A DNA stretch of 64,000 bases from a virus. Under the pieces are notes generated by a model. It was given only the letters and a program-made list of their open reading frames with translations, ran no database searches and had not been told where the DNA came from. Below are positions 10,054 through 19,057 of the stretch, piece by piece (position 1 is the stretch's first letter; every line of letters begins with the position of its first letter). Made by a program: the position numbers and the translations under genes. The DNA lies in the IMG/VR virus record IMGVR_UViG_3300028393_000021, one strand, 5' to 3'.

Positions 10054-10241
10054 AATATTTTCCTTATTATAGATTATTTACCATATTAAGTTAGATATGA
10101 TATGGTAATTTTTGGTATACCTGGTTTAGTTGACTCTTTTTTAAGCCTATGCTATAATATTATACTAAGTGGTATATTTGTTCAATAAATACATGTCTAA
10201 TATGCTTCTCAAACTACACCTTTATTATGTGAGATTTTAAA

Positions 10242-10751
10242 ATTACTTGTTTAATACTAAATGCTGACGTAAGCCCAGTTTCTCTACTTCCGCTGAGTAC
10301 AATCACGTGGGAAGAATCCATACGATATTTGGTATCGGATAAAGCTACGGTTTTAGAATGGTATGAAGATTGGATTGTACATAGTGCAACTTGGGAAACC
10401 CGTGTGCCTGCTGTTATGATCTTAAAGGAATACCAGAAAAAGAAAACTTCTGTGCGTTTTAGCAAACAGAATGTATTCCTGCGCGATTTGTTCACTTGCC
10501 AATATTGCGGTATTGCTGTGACTAACAAAACTTCAACATTGGATCACGTACTACCAACTAGTCACGGTGGTAAGACCACTTACGAGAACTGCGTCTGTAG
10601 TTGTTCTAGATGTAATGCTAACAAAGGCAATGATAAACGGATTGTTCCCAAGATCAAACCATTTAAACCCACATACTTCCAATTAATAGATAAGAGGAAG
10701 AAAATGAAGTTTGATTTACGTCATCCAAGTTGGGCAACGTATCTTACATAA
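10242..10751 (+). CDS. HNH endonuclease (McrA-like); start uncertain
   Basis: 'RDLFTCQYCG...TLDHVLP..HGGKTTYENCVCSCSRCNANKG'. The in-frame 'CLILNAD' lies upstream of the tracked TTG start at 10329. Confidence 0.85.
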   Translation: MTCLILNADVSPVSLLPLSTITWEESIRYLVSDKATVLEWYEDWIVHSATWETRVPAVMILKEYQKKKTSVRFSKQNVFLRDLFTCQYCGIAVTNKTSTLDHVLPTSHGGKTTYENCVCSCSRCNANKGNDKRIVPKIKPFKPTYFQLIDKRKKMKFDLRHPSWATYLT

Positions 10752-10752
10752 G

Positions 10753-10776
10753 AAAAGCGCCCTAGGGCGCTTTTTT
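10753..10776. terminator. Bidirectional intrinsic terminator
   Basis: aaaagcgccc-ta-gggcgctttttt between the convergent HNH and infA genes. Confidence 0.85.
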
Positions 10777-10993
10777 ATCTCTCACGGTACACTATTCGGC
10801 ATTTTGACATATCATATGGACTTAGCTCAATCCGCACTTTATCACCTGTGAGGATTTGAATTTTGTTTTGACGCATCCTGCCACTGATGTGACCCAACAC
10901 TGTCGGCCCTTGCGCTATCTTTACTCTGAACATTGCATTTGGCAAAACTTCTTCCACTATGCCCTCTGTTGTTATTGCTTCTTCTTTGCTCAC
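10775..10993 (-). CDS. infA: Translation initiation factor IF-1
   Basis: 72 aa; '[10 protein letters not shown]...[28 protein letters not shown]...RIVYR'. Confidence 0.95.
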   Translation of the reverse strand: MSKEEAITTEGIVEEVLPNAMFRVKIAQGPTVLGHISGRMRQNKIQILTGDKVRIELSPYDMSKCRIVYRER

Positions 10994-11236
10994 TTAAACT
11001 GTTTCTCCTTTTAGGCCTTTGATCACTAGATCCTTGGCACGGTTATTTAACAATCTTTCTTCTTCAGCTAGCATCATTTCAACCATTACTTTAGTATATT
11101 CAACAACAGCTAATTTACCTTCGTCAGTCCAATGACTGTAATCACTACCTACGCCACTGTGAAGATAATACTGGCGATTCAACGCAAGGGCATGAATGCC
11201 CGCATAAAGTGTTTCTTTAAGAGCCTGTTGTTCCAT
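10994..11236 (-). CDS. Hypothetical protein
   Basis: ORF tightly packed between the ligase and infA. Confidence 0.7.
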   Translation of the reverse strand: MEQQALKETLYAGIHALALNRQYYLHSGVGSDYSHWTDEGKLAVVEYTKVMVEMMLAEEERLLNNRAKDLVIKGLKGETV

Positions 11237-11237
11237 A

Positions 11238-12551
11238 TTAAATCTTTTCGCCAGCTACAAAGCCACGGAAACGGAGGAAACGTGGAAAACGCAACGAATA
11301 AGTACCGTCTTGGTTTTGTGTAACAGCATCTGCTCTTACTTCCACAATCTGACCAGGGAGGCTATCACGACTAGACCAAAACTCAGTTCGATCACTATCG
11401 CTAAACCCACTACCGCAATTGACAACAATAGCCTTTCCGTCGTCCACTCCGGAGCAGACCAGTGCACCAAGACGGCCTTCATTTTTGCCTGTACCTTCTT
11501 CAACATCTGTAACCTCCAACGACACTTCAATAAAAGGCTTCATCTTGAGCCAACTGGCATGACGCTTACAAACATAAGGTGCATCCAGATCTTTAATCAT
11601 AATGCCTTCAAATCCTGCGTCAATTGCATCCTTGTTGTATTGTTTGAATTGCAGTTCTCCAACATAACTACCTAAATCAACTTCAATCTGTGGGATGATA
11701 TCGATACTGCCAACTTTGTCCAACACAGGTTTCATACCGCGTAACAGATTACTGCGGCGCTTCTGACCCATGATGCTTTGTCCTGCTTGGAATTCACTCA
11801 ATGGCAATACATCAAACAACATCAAACGAGCATCATCAGTTTGAGCATCGCTCTTACGGTGCACCTGCTTCATCAGTGCTTGAAAACTGCTACTAACCAT
11901 CTCACCATCCAGAACCATACTGCGCTCAAATAGTTCAATGTTGGCTTCAATTGCACTTGTAATATGTCCAAAGTTTTCCAACACTTTACCATTACGGCTA
12001 TACATTGTAGCCGTCTTGTTGGCTGCATTGACAATAGTGATTACACGGACACCATCTAACTTAGGTTCAAGTAGTTTTTTACCTGTGATCTTCTTTTCGT
12101 GATTGGCACCATCATGTGCTAGCATACATTCAAACACTGGTACAGGTTTGATCGTTGGGTATGTGTTGAGCACTTTGTTTACAGTCTTTTCACTAACACC
12201 GCAACGTAGATCTTTAATAAGAATACGGCGATACCAATCATTCCATTGGTTACCTGTACTAGCACTCAATGCCAATTCGATAGCATCACGGGCATTGTGT
12301 CCTGTAAGTTGTCTTGTGTATAGCAAATGAGCCAGCTCTTTAAATGCTACCCAGGGTAGTCCTTGCCCATCTGGACCGCTATGAGTTGGGACTTTTTTTA
12401 CACCAAATGTATAAAGTGTATCAAGTGCCATACGCATACCTTCAAACAATTCTGTATTATTTGCTTGAGCTTCTGCTTCAATAATACTTTCTTTATTTAA
12501 ACGGCTAGGATGATCTTCTAAAATTCGGATAATACTATCGCAATTACTCAT
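11238..12551 (-). CDS. ATP-dependent DNA ligase
   Basis: Motif I 'EPKLDGVR', 'LDGEM', 'EGIMIK', 'WLKMK', 'SLRFPRF'. Start re-assigned to ATG 12551, because the tracked start overlaps the promoter. Confidence 0.95.
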   Translation of the reverse strand: MSNCDSIIRILEDHPSRLNKESIIEAEAQANNTELFEGMRMALDTLYTFGVKKVPTHSGPDGQGLPWVAFKELAHLLYTRQLTGHNARDAIELALSASTGNQWNDWYRRILIKDLRCGVSEKTVNKVLNTYPTIKPVPVFECMLAHDGANHEKKITGKKLLEPKLDGVRVITIVNAANKTATMYSRNGKVLENFGHITSAIEANIELFERSMVLDGEMVSSSFQALMKQVHRKSDAQTDDARLMLFDVLPLSEFQAGQSIMGQKRRSNLLRGMKPVLDKVGSIDIIPQIEVDLGSYVGELQFKQYNKDAIDAGFEGIMIKDLDAPYVCKRHASWLKMKPFIEVSLEVTDVEEGTGKNEGRLGALVCSGVDDGKAIVVNCGSGFSDSDRTEFWSSRDSLPGQIVEVRADAVTQNQDGTYSLRFPRFLRFRGFVAGEKI

Positions 12552-12585
12552 AGGTACTTTCAAAGAGTGTGTTTGTAATGCGTTA

Positions 12586-12614
12586 ATTATACAGGGATTT
12601 ACCCAGGCTGTCAA
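12586..12614 (-). promoter_or_regulatory. Sigma70-type promoter for the DNA ligase
   Basis: TTGACA-17 nt-TATAAT on the minus strand. Confidence 0.75.
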
Positions 12615-12630
12615 CTAGATTGTTATCAAA

Positions 12631-12960
12631 TTAAACTGAAAAACTTGAACCACATCCGCAAGTACTGGTTGCTCCGGGATTTTGGATAACAAAACTGGAT
12701 CCATTTAATTCTTCTTTATAATCAATAGTAGAACCCGTTAAATATTGCATACTCATTGCATCTATTAAAATAGACAGGCCGGACTTTTTAATTAAAAAGT
12801 CATCTTCATTTTGTTCCTCATCAAAAGTAAATCCATATTGAAATCCACTACATCCACCACCTTGTACAAATGTGCGTAGTTTTAATTCTGGATTGTTTTC
12901 TTCTGCTAATAAATCAGCAATTTTTAATATTGCAGAATCAGTGATGTTTATTTGTTCCAT
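12631..12960 (-). CDS. erpA: A-type Fe-S carrier ErpA
   Basis: '[21 protein letters not shown]...[33 protein letters not shown]'. Start at ATG 12960. Confidence 0.9.
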   Translation of the reverse strand: MEQINITDSAILKIADLLAEENNPELKLRTFVQGGGCSGFQYGFTFDEEQNEDDFLIKKSGLSILIDAMSMQYLTGSTIDYKEELNGSSFVIQNPGATSTCGCGSSFSV

Positions 12961-12988
12961 ATTAATATTTATACTATAAATATCATAC
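12961..12988. promoter_or_regulatory. Back-to-back T4-type late promoters (TATAAATA on both strands)
   Basis: Perfect inverted repeat atatttata-c-tataaatat (12965-12983) in the 28 bp between erpA and iscA. Confidence 0.7.
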
Positions 12989-13315
12989 ATGATTACCGTA
13001 ACCGACACAGCGTCTAAAAAGATTAAACTGAATCTGGCAAAACGTGGCAAGGGCGTGGGTATTCGTATTGGTGTAAAGACTACAGGATGTAGTGGATTGG
13101 CCTATGTGTTGGAATATGTGGACGAATACACAGCTGAAACGGGTGTTACCAACTATGCTCAAACTGACTTTGTGGTATTGATTGATGCCAAAAGCCTAGT
13201 GTATCTAAATGGCTTGACTATGGATTGGGTTCGTAATGGACTTAATGAAGGATTTGAATTTTTAAATCCTAACTCTAAAGGAGAATGTGGTTGTGGAGAA
13301 AGTTTTAGAATATGA
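12989..13315 (+). CDS. iscA: A-type Fe-S carrier IscA
   Basis: '[27 protein letters not shown]...[21 protein letters not shown]'. Confidence 0.92.
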   Translation: MITVTDTASKKIKLNLAKRGKGVGIRIGVKTTGCSGLAYVLEYVDEYTAETGVTNYAQTDFVVLIDAKSLVYLNGLTMDWVRNGLNEGFEFLNPNSKGECGCGESFRI

Positions 13316-13653
13316 AATATTGGTCTAGAGAACATACAAAAGAATGGATTGCTCAGCTAGAGGATCGATTAGAAGATATTGCATATTATCTTGAAAAAAC
13401 AGAAACCTGGTGTGACAATTACGGGATCGATGACGAACGTGTGGTTTTTATGTGTATGTTTCTAACATGCATTTGGGTTAGTCAATTACGAGATGAAGAT
13501 ATCACCTATGTTGAACTTATGGAAATGTTGGGTGTGGAATGTTCAAAATCTGGGGAAGAAAAGTTCTACGAATTAGATAACAAATATCTAAATCTCACAC
13601 ATATTGAACTATTAGAAGAAGCTGTGGCTCACTTTGAGCCAGGTGAAGATTAA
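13312..13653 (+). CDS. Hypothetical acidic protein
   Basis: ATGA overlap with iscA. Confidence 0.7.
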   Translation: MKYWSREHTKEWIAQLEDRLEDIAYYLEKTETWCDNYGIDDERVVFMCMFLTCIWVSQLRDEDITYVELMEMLGVECSKSGEEKFYELDNKYLNLTHIELLEEAVAHFEPGED

Positions 13654-13905
13654 TTACTTGCCGCTGTAATCTTTAACTGCGCCGCCGTACTTTACGCTTT
13701 TAGCTTTGTGGCCGTTTAATGCCTTGCCGCTACCTGCAACGCCCTGTTTACCTGTGCCATCAGTGTGGCCAGTATCGTGTTTGAGCAGGCCGAGACTAAC
13801 ACATTGGCTGTATCGAACATTGCTTAATCTAGAATGCCCAACTGAACAATCGCTGCTAGTTGGGTGTGCTAATTTCTTTTCGGACAATAGTTCTGTGATC
13901 TTCAT
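13654..13905 (-). CDS. Hypothetical protein, MKITELLSE N-terminus
   Basis: Start re-assigned to ATG 13905, overlapping the upstream stop. Confidence 0.65.
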   Translation of the reverse strand: MKITELLSEKKLAHPTSSDCSVGHSRLSNVRYSQCVSLGLLKHDTGHTDGTGKQGVAGSGKALNGHKAKSVKYGGAVKDYSGK

Positions 13906-14195
13906 TCGCAATTCCACTTTTTTAGTGCAAGGGCTTTTCTAGTAGGGTCACCATTGGGTTTCTTCATAGGACCATCAACTCCGCCCATTCTAGCACAGAA
14001 TGATTTACGGCGGTTGGCTGCTTTGCTACCGGCTTTTAACTTACTAGGTTTAGTGGTCACCGCTGTTTGCAATTTGCTACCCGGGTTCTCTCTACGGTAA
14101 GAAGCAACTCCTTTGGCATTTAGGCCGCCGGATTTGCTTTTACCTGCTTTACGGCGCCAGGCCGCAGATTCATCAATAAATTCGTATGCTCGCAT
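13902..14195 (-). CDS. Basic protein of a family seen in T4-like phages (DUF6321-like, from memory)
   Basis: 'GGLNAKGVASYRRENPGSKL.TAVT...RRKSFCARM'; MRAYEFIDE N-terminus; TATAAATA 5 nt upstream. Confidence 0.7.
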   Translation of the reverse strand: MRAYEFIDESAAWRRKAGKSKSGGLNAKGVASYRRENPGSKLQTAVTTKPSKLKAGSKAANRRKSFCARMGGVDGPMKKPNGDPTRKALALKKWNCE

Positions 14196-14208
14196 TCAAG
14201 TATTTATA

Positions 14209-14529
14209 TTACTTGAACACAATCATTCCCAACATCACTACTTGACCAATAAATCCTAAGCAGATTGTAGAAACATACAAGAAGTTCTTTTCAATTAGAC
14301 TCTTAAAGAACAATGTAGTCAGTGCCGCCCAAACAAACAACATAAGATCGTAAGGAGGTAGTTTGTCGCTTTGTGCTAGGATCATTGCAAGTAGTGTAGG
14401 TACGGATGCAAAGTGTAGTAGCACAATAGTAATCCAACCTAGTGTATGAGCACTAATATGCCCTAGGTGATCTTTAAAGAATGTATAAACAAAATCAACT
14501 GCGCTAGTGATATATCCAAAGAATTTCAT
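14209..14529 (-). CDS. Small multi-pass membrane protein
   Basis: Three hydrophobic segments. Confidence 0.7.
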   Translation of the reverse strand: MKFFGYITSAVDFVYTFFKDHLGHISAHTLGWITIVLLHFASVPTLLAMILAQSDKLPPYDLMLFVWAALTTLFFKSLIEKNFLYVSTICLGFIGQVVMLGMIVFK

Positions 14530-14565
14530 TTTAAGTCCTTGTTTGTAAAAAATGTGATATGTAAT

Positions 14566-15141
14566 TTATTCATAAAATATATGTTGACCAATTTGTATAA
14601 TACGTTTACGTTTCCATCCCGGCGATATATACGAAGCATGATAATACAGTGCTTTGTCTAAACTAGGTAAACGGAAGCCTTCTAGGAGAACTTTCTTGGC
14701 CACTTCCTCGCTTTCTCTGTAGCTGGCATTGTTAGGTGGTCGCATACTTGAATCTCTATCACACGTCCAAGAAAACTGGCATATAACCTTTTCATAAAAG
14801 ACATTGCGTTGATAGATTGTTTTGCAAATATCATCCGGAAACTGCCCGCTTTTTACACGGTTTATTGTTACCTGCGCGACGGCAACTCTCCCCTCAAATG
14901 ACTCGTTGCCTGCTTCATAGTAAATATTTTTGGATAGACACCCTAGTTGTCTTTCTCGCAAGGCTGAAGTGATTTGAGAGCTCTCAACGGGTGTATATTT
15001 GTCGAGCTTATCGAGCACAACCCAATTGAGCATAAACACTGATGTTATCAGTGCCAGTACCATTAATGCAAATGTTACTGCGGATAGTGCTGTTTTAGAA
15101 ACTTCAGGTGCGTATACCTTGTCTAATGTTAATTCAGTCAT
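14566..15141 (-). CDS. Cell-wall hydrolase, SleB/Hydrolase_2 family, with an N-terminal membrane anchor
   Basis: 'CLSKNIYYEAGNE..EG.VAVAQVTINRV...FP..IC..IYQ...QFSW...ALYYHA.YI.P.W...IGQHIFY'. Confidence 0.9.
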   Translation of the reverse strand: MTELTLDKVYAPEVSKTALSAVTFALMVLALITSVFMLNWVVLDKLDKYTPVESSQITSALRERQLGCLSKNIYYEAGNESFEGRVAVAQVTINRVKSGQFPDDICKTIYQRNVFYEKVICQFSWTCDRDSSMRPPNNASYRESEEVAKKVLLEGFRLPSLDKALYYHASYISPGWKRKRIIQIGQHIFYE

Positions 15142-15232
15142 AGTGACCTCCTTTTTCGTTGATGGTAAAATAGTTATGCTACAACGACTATTATACCGTC
15201 AAGGCAGGTAAAAAACAACAAGTTTGACTGAG

Positions 15233-16393
15233 TTAGTGAATAATATGCAACATGTTACAATGATCAATTAGAAAATCAAAGTTTTGATTGTATTGAGTGT
15301 CCGATTGTTTAGCAACAAACAATGCCTTGTTACGCTCTGCAATTGCATTACAATCTTTAACCAACTGTTGATATTTATCAGTTGGCAAATTAGATATACG
15401 TTCAATTTCTGCAACAATCATATTTGCTCGTTTATTATGATCAAGTTCTAAATCATACGCTTCATTAATATACGGACTAAACGTTTCAAAGCCTAATTCT
15501 CTAACTTGTTCTAAAAAATAAGGAGTAGAAAATGCAATAAATGGCCTAACACACACAATTGGTTTATATCCTTTTTCTGACATAAAACTTGGTGCTAATT
15601 TTCTATGATATATATTATCCGGACCTGTTGGTGCATAATAAAAATCATAATGTGTTTCTACTAACACATGAATATCTGCAGAAAATACAGTTCTATATGT
15701 TTCATCATCCCAAGCATTTAAAAGAACATTTTTTTTTAATTTATATGGAATATTATCCATCCATTGTAACACATCATGCCCTATTGATCCAAAATTAGTT
15801 TTATGTAAGTCTTCTAGCATACGATCTTTATCAAAATGAATTACTTCACCATATGGGTGAATATTATAAAAACTATATATAAAATCTTTTAATAAATTTC
15901 TTTCAGCTAACCTAGCATATAGATGTAATCGCCAATTTACATAACGTCTACTTAATGCACTAAATTTCTTTGTAATTAATCGATCATTAATTAATAATTT
16001 CGAATTCACTAGCCCTATATTATAAATTCCAATTGTAATACCACGTATGTTTAATTCGTTTAATCTATCTTCAAGAAATGATTTATGAACTTCATCCATG
16101 ACCAGCATAAACATTTTACTGGTAGGAATTTGTTTTAGATCAATTAAATTTTTAATCTGTTCTGCTAATTCACATGTAAAAGTTTCATTACAATTTTCAT
16201 ATAAGAATTTTGCTGTAGGCTCAGAGCGTAAATGCTCCCAATGAATATCATCGAATGCATTCACTATTGTGCCGCCGTGGTAGGGATGATAATGATAAAT
16301 TACATCAACATCAGATTTCCAATCGCTTAATGATTTAAAATGTGTAGCTTTATAAGTTAAATGATAAAATTGTCCGCTTCTGTTGTAAATCAT
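15233..16393 (-). CDS. Putative glycosyltransferase-like protein (TEK-motif, GT-B-like family)
   Basis: C-terminal 'VLVETH...SEKGYKPIVCVRPFI...LEQVRELGFETFSP.INE.YD'; paralogous to the next ORF. Confidence 0.45.
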   Translation of the reverse strand: MIYNRSGQFYHLTYKATHFKSLSDWKSDVDVIYHYHPYHGGTIVNAFDDIHWEHLRSEPTAKFLYENCNETFTCELAEQIKNLIDLKQIPTSKMFMLVMDEVHKSFLEDRLNELNIRGITIGIYNIGLVNSKLLINDRLITKKFSALSRRYVNWRLHLYARLAERNLLKDFIYSFYNIHPYGEVIHFDKDRMLEDLHKTNFGSIGHDVLQWMDNIPYKLKKNVLLNAWDDETYRTVFSADIHVLVETHYDFYYAPTGPDNIYHRKLAPSFMSEKGYKPIVCVRPFIAFSTPYFLEQVRELGFETFSPYINEAYDLELDHNKRANMIVAEIERISNLPTDKYQQLVKDCNAIAERNKALFVAKQSDTQYNQNFDFLIDHCNMLHIIH

Positions 16394-17682
16394 TATAGTA
16401 CTCCATATTTTTCTACGATTTTATCCAATTCTATATTTTTCATACTGTATAAATGTTCGGCATTATATTCAAGTATGTCTTTAACCTTGTATGAGAATTC
16501 AATTTTTTGCTCTTCAGACCACTTGCTTATGAGTTCAACTAGATCAAATATTTTATTAAATCTAACCTCATGGTCAGTTTCTTGATCATAACTTTCATCC
16601 CAAAACTCACTAAACGTTTTGAATCCCATATCTCTTATATGTTGTAAACTGCCCGGAGATGCAATTATAATAAATGGTTGTAACTGTGCAATTGGTTTAA
16701 ATGTCTTTTCAGTCACATGAATTATTTTATTAAAAAAGAAAGTTTCAGTAATGATATTAATTAAAGAGTTTTTATAAAATGTTTCTAAATCATCGGGGCT
16801 TGACTCCATAGGATACAATTCAAAATCAGGTTTGTCTAATACCAAAGGCAATGTTGATTCACACCTAGCAATGTCCTCAATGGTAAAATTATATTGTGGA
16901 TGATTGTGAACTAAGTGCGATATAGTAGTAGTAAACGATTGACCTGATCCCGGTTGCGTCTTTGCCATACTCATATAAAAGTCAGCTAATAATTTACGTT
17001 TTTCCATCATCATAAAAAATATTAACCTATGCGAATGGTATCGCCTATTAAAACATAAAAATGTTTTATTTCTACTTCCAGGCTCATATGTTGTTAATGG
17101 TTTATTAACATCAATATCAGTTCTATCAATTCGTGTAGTTGGAATATACTCCATGTGCATTTCAGGTGCTATACTATGTCTAGCACAGTGATCAATATAA
17201 ATTTCTTGCCCATTGGCACAATGTGAAATGTATATAATTTGTGATAATGGAATTTGTTTGTAATCAAAATAGTGTTTCATTGACTGTAAAAATACATCAT
17301 CGAGAAAGCTTTCATGTAATATAGTGATTAAAATAAATGCTTCTTTATTTTTTACACGAGATATAATTTCAGGGGTTATATTGTTGTGATCTAACAATCC
17401 GTCATTGATATGAAACATATGTAATATATCTCTATAATTATAATTCCCAAAATTTATTTCATATAAAAATACATCAGTTGGTAATGTGCAGGCTGGTATA
17501 ATATTACAGTTAGATTTAAATTGAGTATAACAATGTGGTATATGATGGAAATCCCAACGTATAGTGTTAGGGGGATCCATCACGTATTGATCAACTAGAT
17601 CAATCATTGTAGGTACTCTATTATTAGTGATAGGGCCGCGTGGACCAATCCATTCATAGACAAAATTCAATTTCTTAGTCAT
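16393..17682 (-). CDS. Putative glycosyltransferase-like protein (TEK-motif, GT-B-like family)
   Basis: 'FLCFNRR...HR...INIITET...VTEKTFKPI..LQPFII...GFKTFSEFWDESYD'; reminiscent of the GT10 C-terminal TEK motif. Confidence 0.5.
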   Translation of the reverse strand: MTKKLNFVYEWIGPRGPITNNRVPTMIDLVDQYVMDPPNTIRWDFHHIPHCYTQFKSNCNIIPACTLPTDVFLYEINFGNYNYRDILHMFHINDGLLDHNNITPEIISRVKNKEAFILITILHESFLDDVFLQSMKHYFDYKQIPLSQIIYISHCANGQEIYIDHCARHSIAPEMHMEYIPTTRIDRTDIDVNKPLTTYEPGSRNKTFLCFNRRYHSHRLIFFMMMEKRKLLADFYMSMAKTQPGSGQSFTTTISHLVHNHPQYNFTIEDIARCESTLPLVLDKPDFELYPMESSPDDLETFYKNSLINIITETFFFNKIIHVTEKTFKPIAQLQPFIIIASPGSLQHIRDMGFKTFSEFWDESYDQETDHEVRFNKIFDLVELISKWSEEQKIEFSYKVKDILEYNAEHLYSMKNIELDKIVEKYGVL

Positions 17683-19057
17683 TTAAATCCTTGCATATAT
17701 TATGAAAATTTATCATTTCCGGAAATGTATTTAAAAAATCAGTGCCCCTTCGTGTATCTAATTCATTAAACCAATTATAGAAATCCTTACGTCCTTCATC
17801 TAGCTTATCATCATCATACGTAGTTGTTGCCATATAATCGACCACTCTTCTAAACTTTTCAAACTCCACGGATGAAAACTTGTTGGGATTAGAGTCATCT
17901 AAATTGTCTTCCATAAATTTTAAACTATCATGCATGTATGGCATAAACTCGTCTTTGGGTAGAATATTCATATCGTATTGCAATGGTTCTTTTAAGTACG
18001 GTGTATCAAACCTAACCATTTGTGGTTGATCAGTTTTGTTATATGGATTATATATTCTTCGCCACTCTAGTATTTTAACCAATAATTGTTTAAATGTTGT
18101 TACACATAAAATATTAAAGGTAATCATAAAACTTATAGGTTGTCCGGTTTCTTTAAGATATGCATCAAAGTTACGTTCCCATAATATTAAATCAAGTCCA
18201 GTTCTAACATATTCCGCTCGTGGACCCCAAGTATCGATACTAGTGTACAATTTAAATCTCTTAATACTGTTAGATGCTGTGAGAGAGTTAATTGACTCAA
18301 TCATTTTATCTACTAATCTAGATTTAACTCCCAAGTTACTATTGATATTCAATTCAAGATTAGGCATTGGGTCTTTTTCAAGACTATCTAATAATTTCCA
18401 TGTGCTGGTGTGCATCAATGGTTCGCCGCCCGTTATACGTAGAATAGATAATGTTTTACGCAGTTCTGGCCACCATTGCCACCAAGCATCAACATAAGGA
18501 TTTTTTTCTTCTCTTTCATATAAGTTCATCCAATCAATATCACAACGATGATTCTTTACAGTGGTAACAGGACCAAACTGTTTGATTTCATTATAAAATC
18601 TACTGCTGGCCTTGGGATGACAATATCCGCATTTGAAATTACATTCATTACCAAAACTAATTTCTACATATTCTGGATTTATATTTTGATCCCATGGGCC
18701 CGTTACAGCTTGTTTGTATCGTTCTTCGGTGAATATACTAGCAGTCTTAATATGCCTGTCACTGACATAGTCAGGGCCCATTGATTCAATATTCCAACAA
18801 TATTGGCATCCTTTGGTTTTAACACCCTCTAACATCTCTTTACGTTCTAACTTCTTATGAGAAGTATTATGCAATGCACTGGGATTATCTTTGAGTTCTT
18901 CTAAATTTATTGTGTGTGGTGCAGGATGATAACAACTATGTGTTTCACCTGTTTGTAAATATAAAGTAACATGATGCCATTTAGCTAAACAAAATGTTGG
19001 GCTTGTTTCGTTTACAATAGATATAACGGTTTTAATTCGGTGTTGTGCATTGTCCAT
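17675..19057 (-). CDS. Radical SAM protein with an N-terminal SPASM/twitch-like Cys cluster
   Basis: CxxxCxxC 'ECNFKCGYCHP', 'ITGGEPLM'; N-terminal 'FCLAKW...HSCYHP...GCQYCW'. Confidence 0.9.
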   Translation of the reverse strand: MDNAQHRIKTVISIVNETSPTFCLAKWHHVTLYLQTGETHSCYHPAPHTINLEELKDNPSALHNTSHKKLERKEMLEGVKTKGCQYCWNIESMGPDYVSDRHIKTASIFTEERYKQAVTGPWDQNINPEYVEISFGNECNFKCGYCHPKASSRFYNEIKQFGPVTTVKNHRCDIDWMNLYEREEKNPYVDAWWQWWPELRKTLSILRITGGEPLMHTSTWKLLDSLEKDPMPNLELNINSNLGVKSRLVDKMIESINSLTASNSIKRFKLYTSIDTWGPRAEYVRTGLDLILWERNFDAYLKETGQPISFMITFNILCVTTFKQLLVKILEWRRIYNPYNKTDQPQMVRFDTPYLKEPLQYDMNILPKDEFMPYMHDSLKFMEDNLDDSNPNKFSSVEFEKFRRVVDYMATTTYDDDKLDEGRKDFYNWFNELDTRRGTDFLNTFPEMINFHNICKDLND

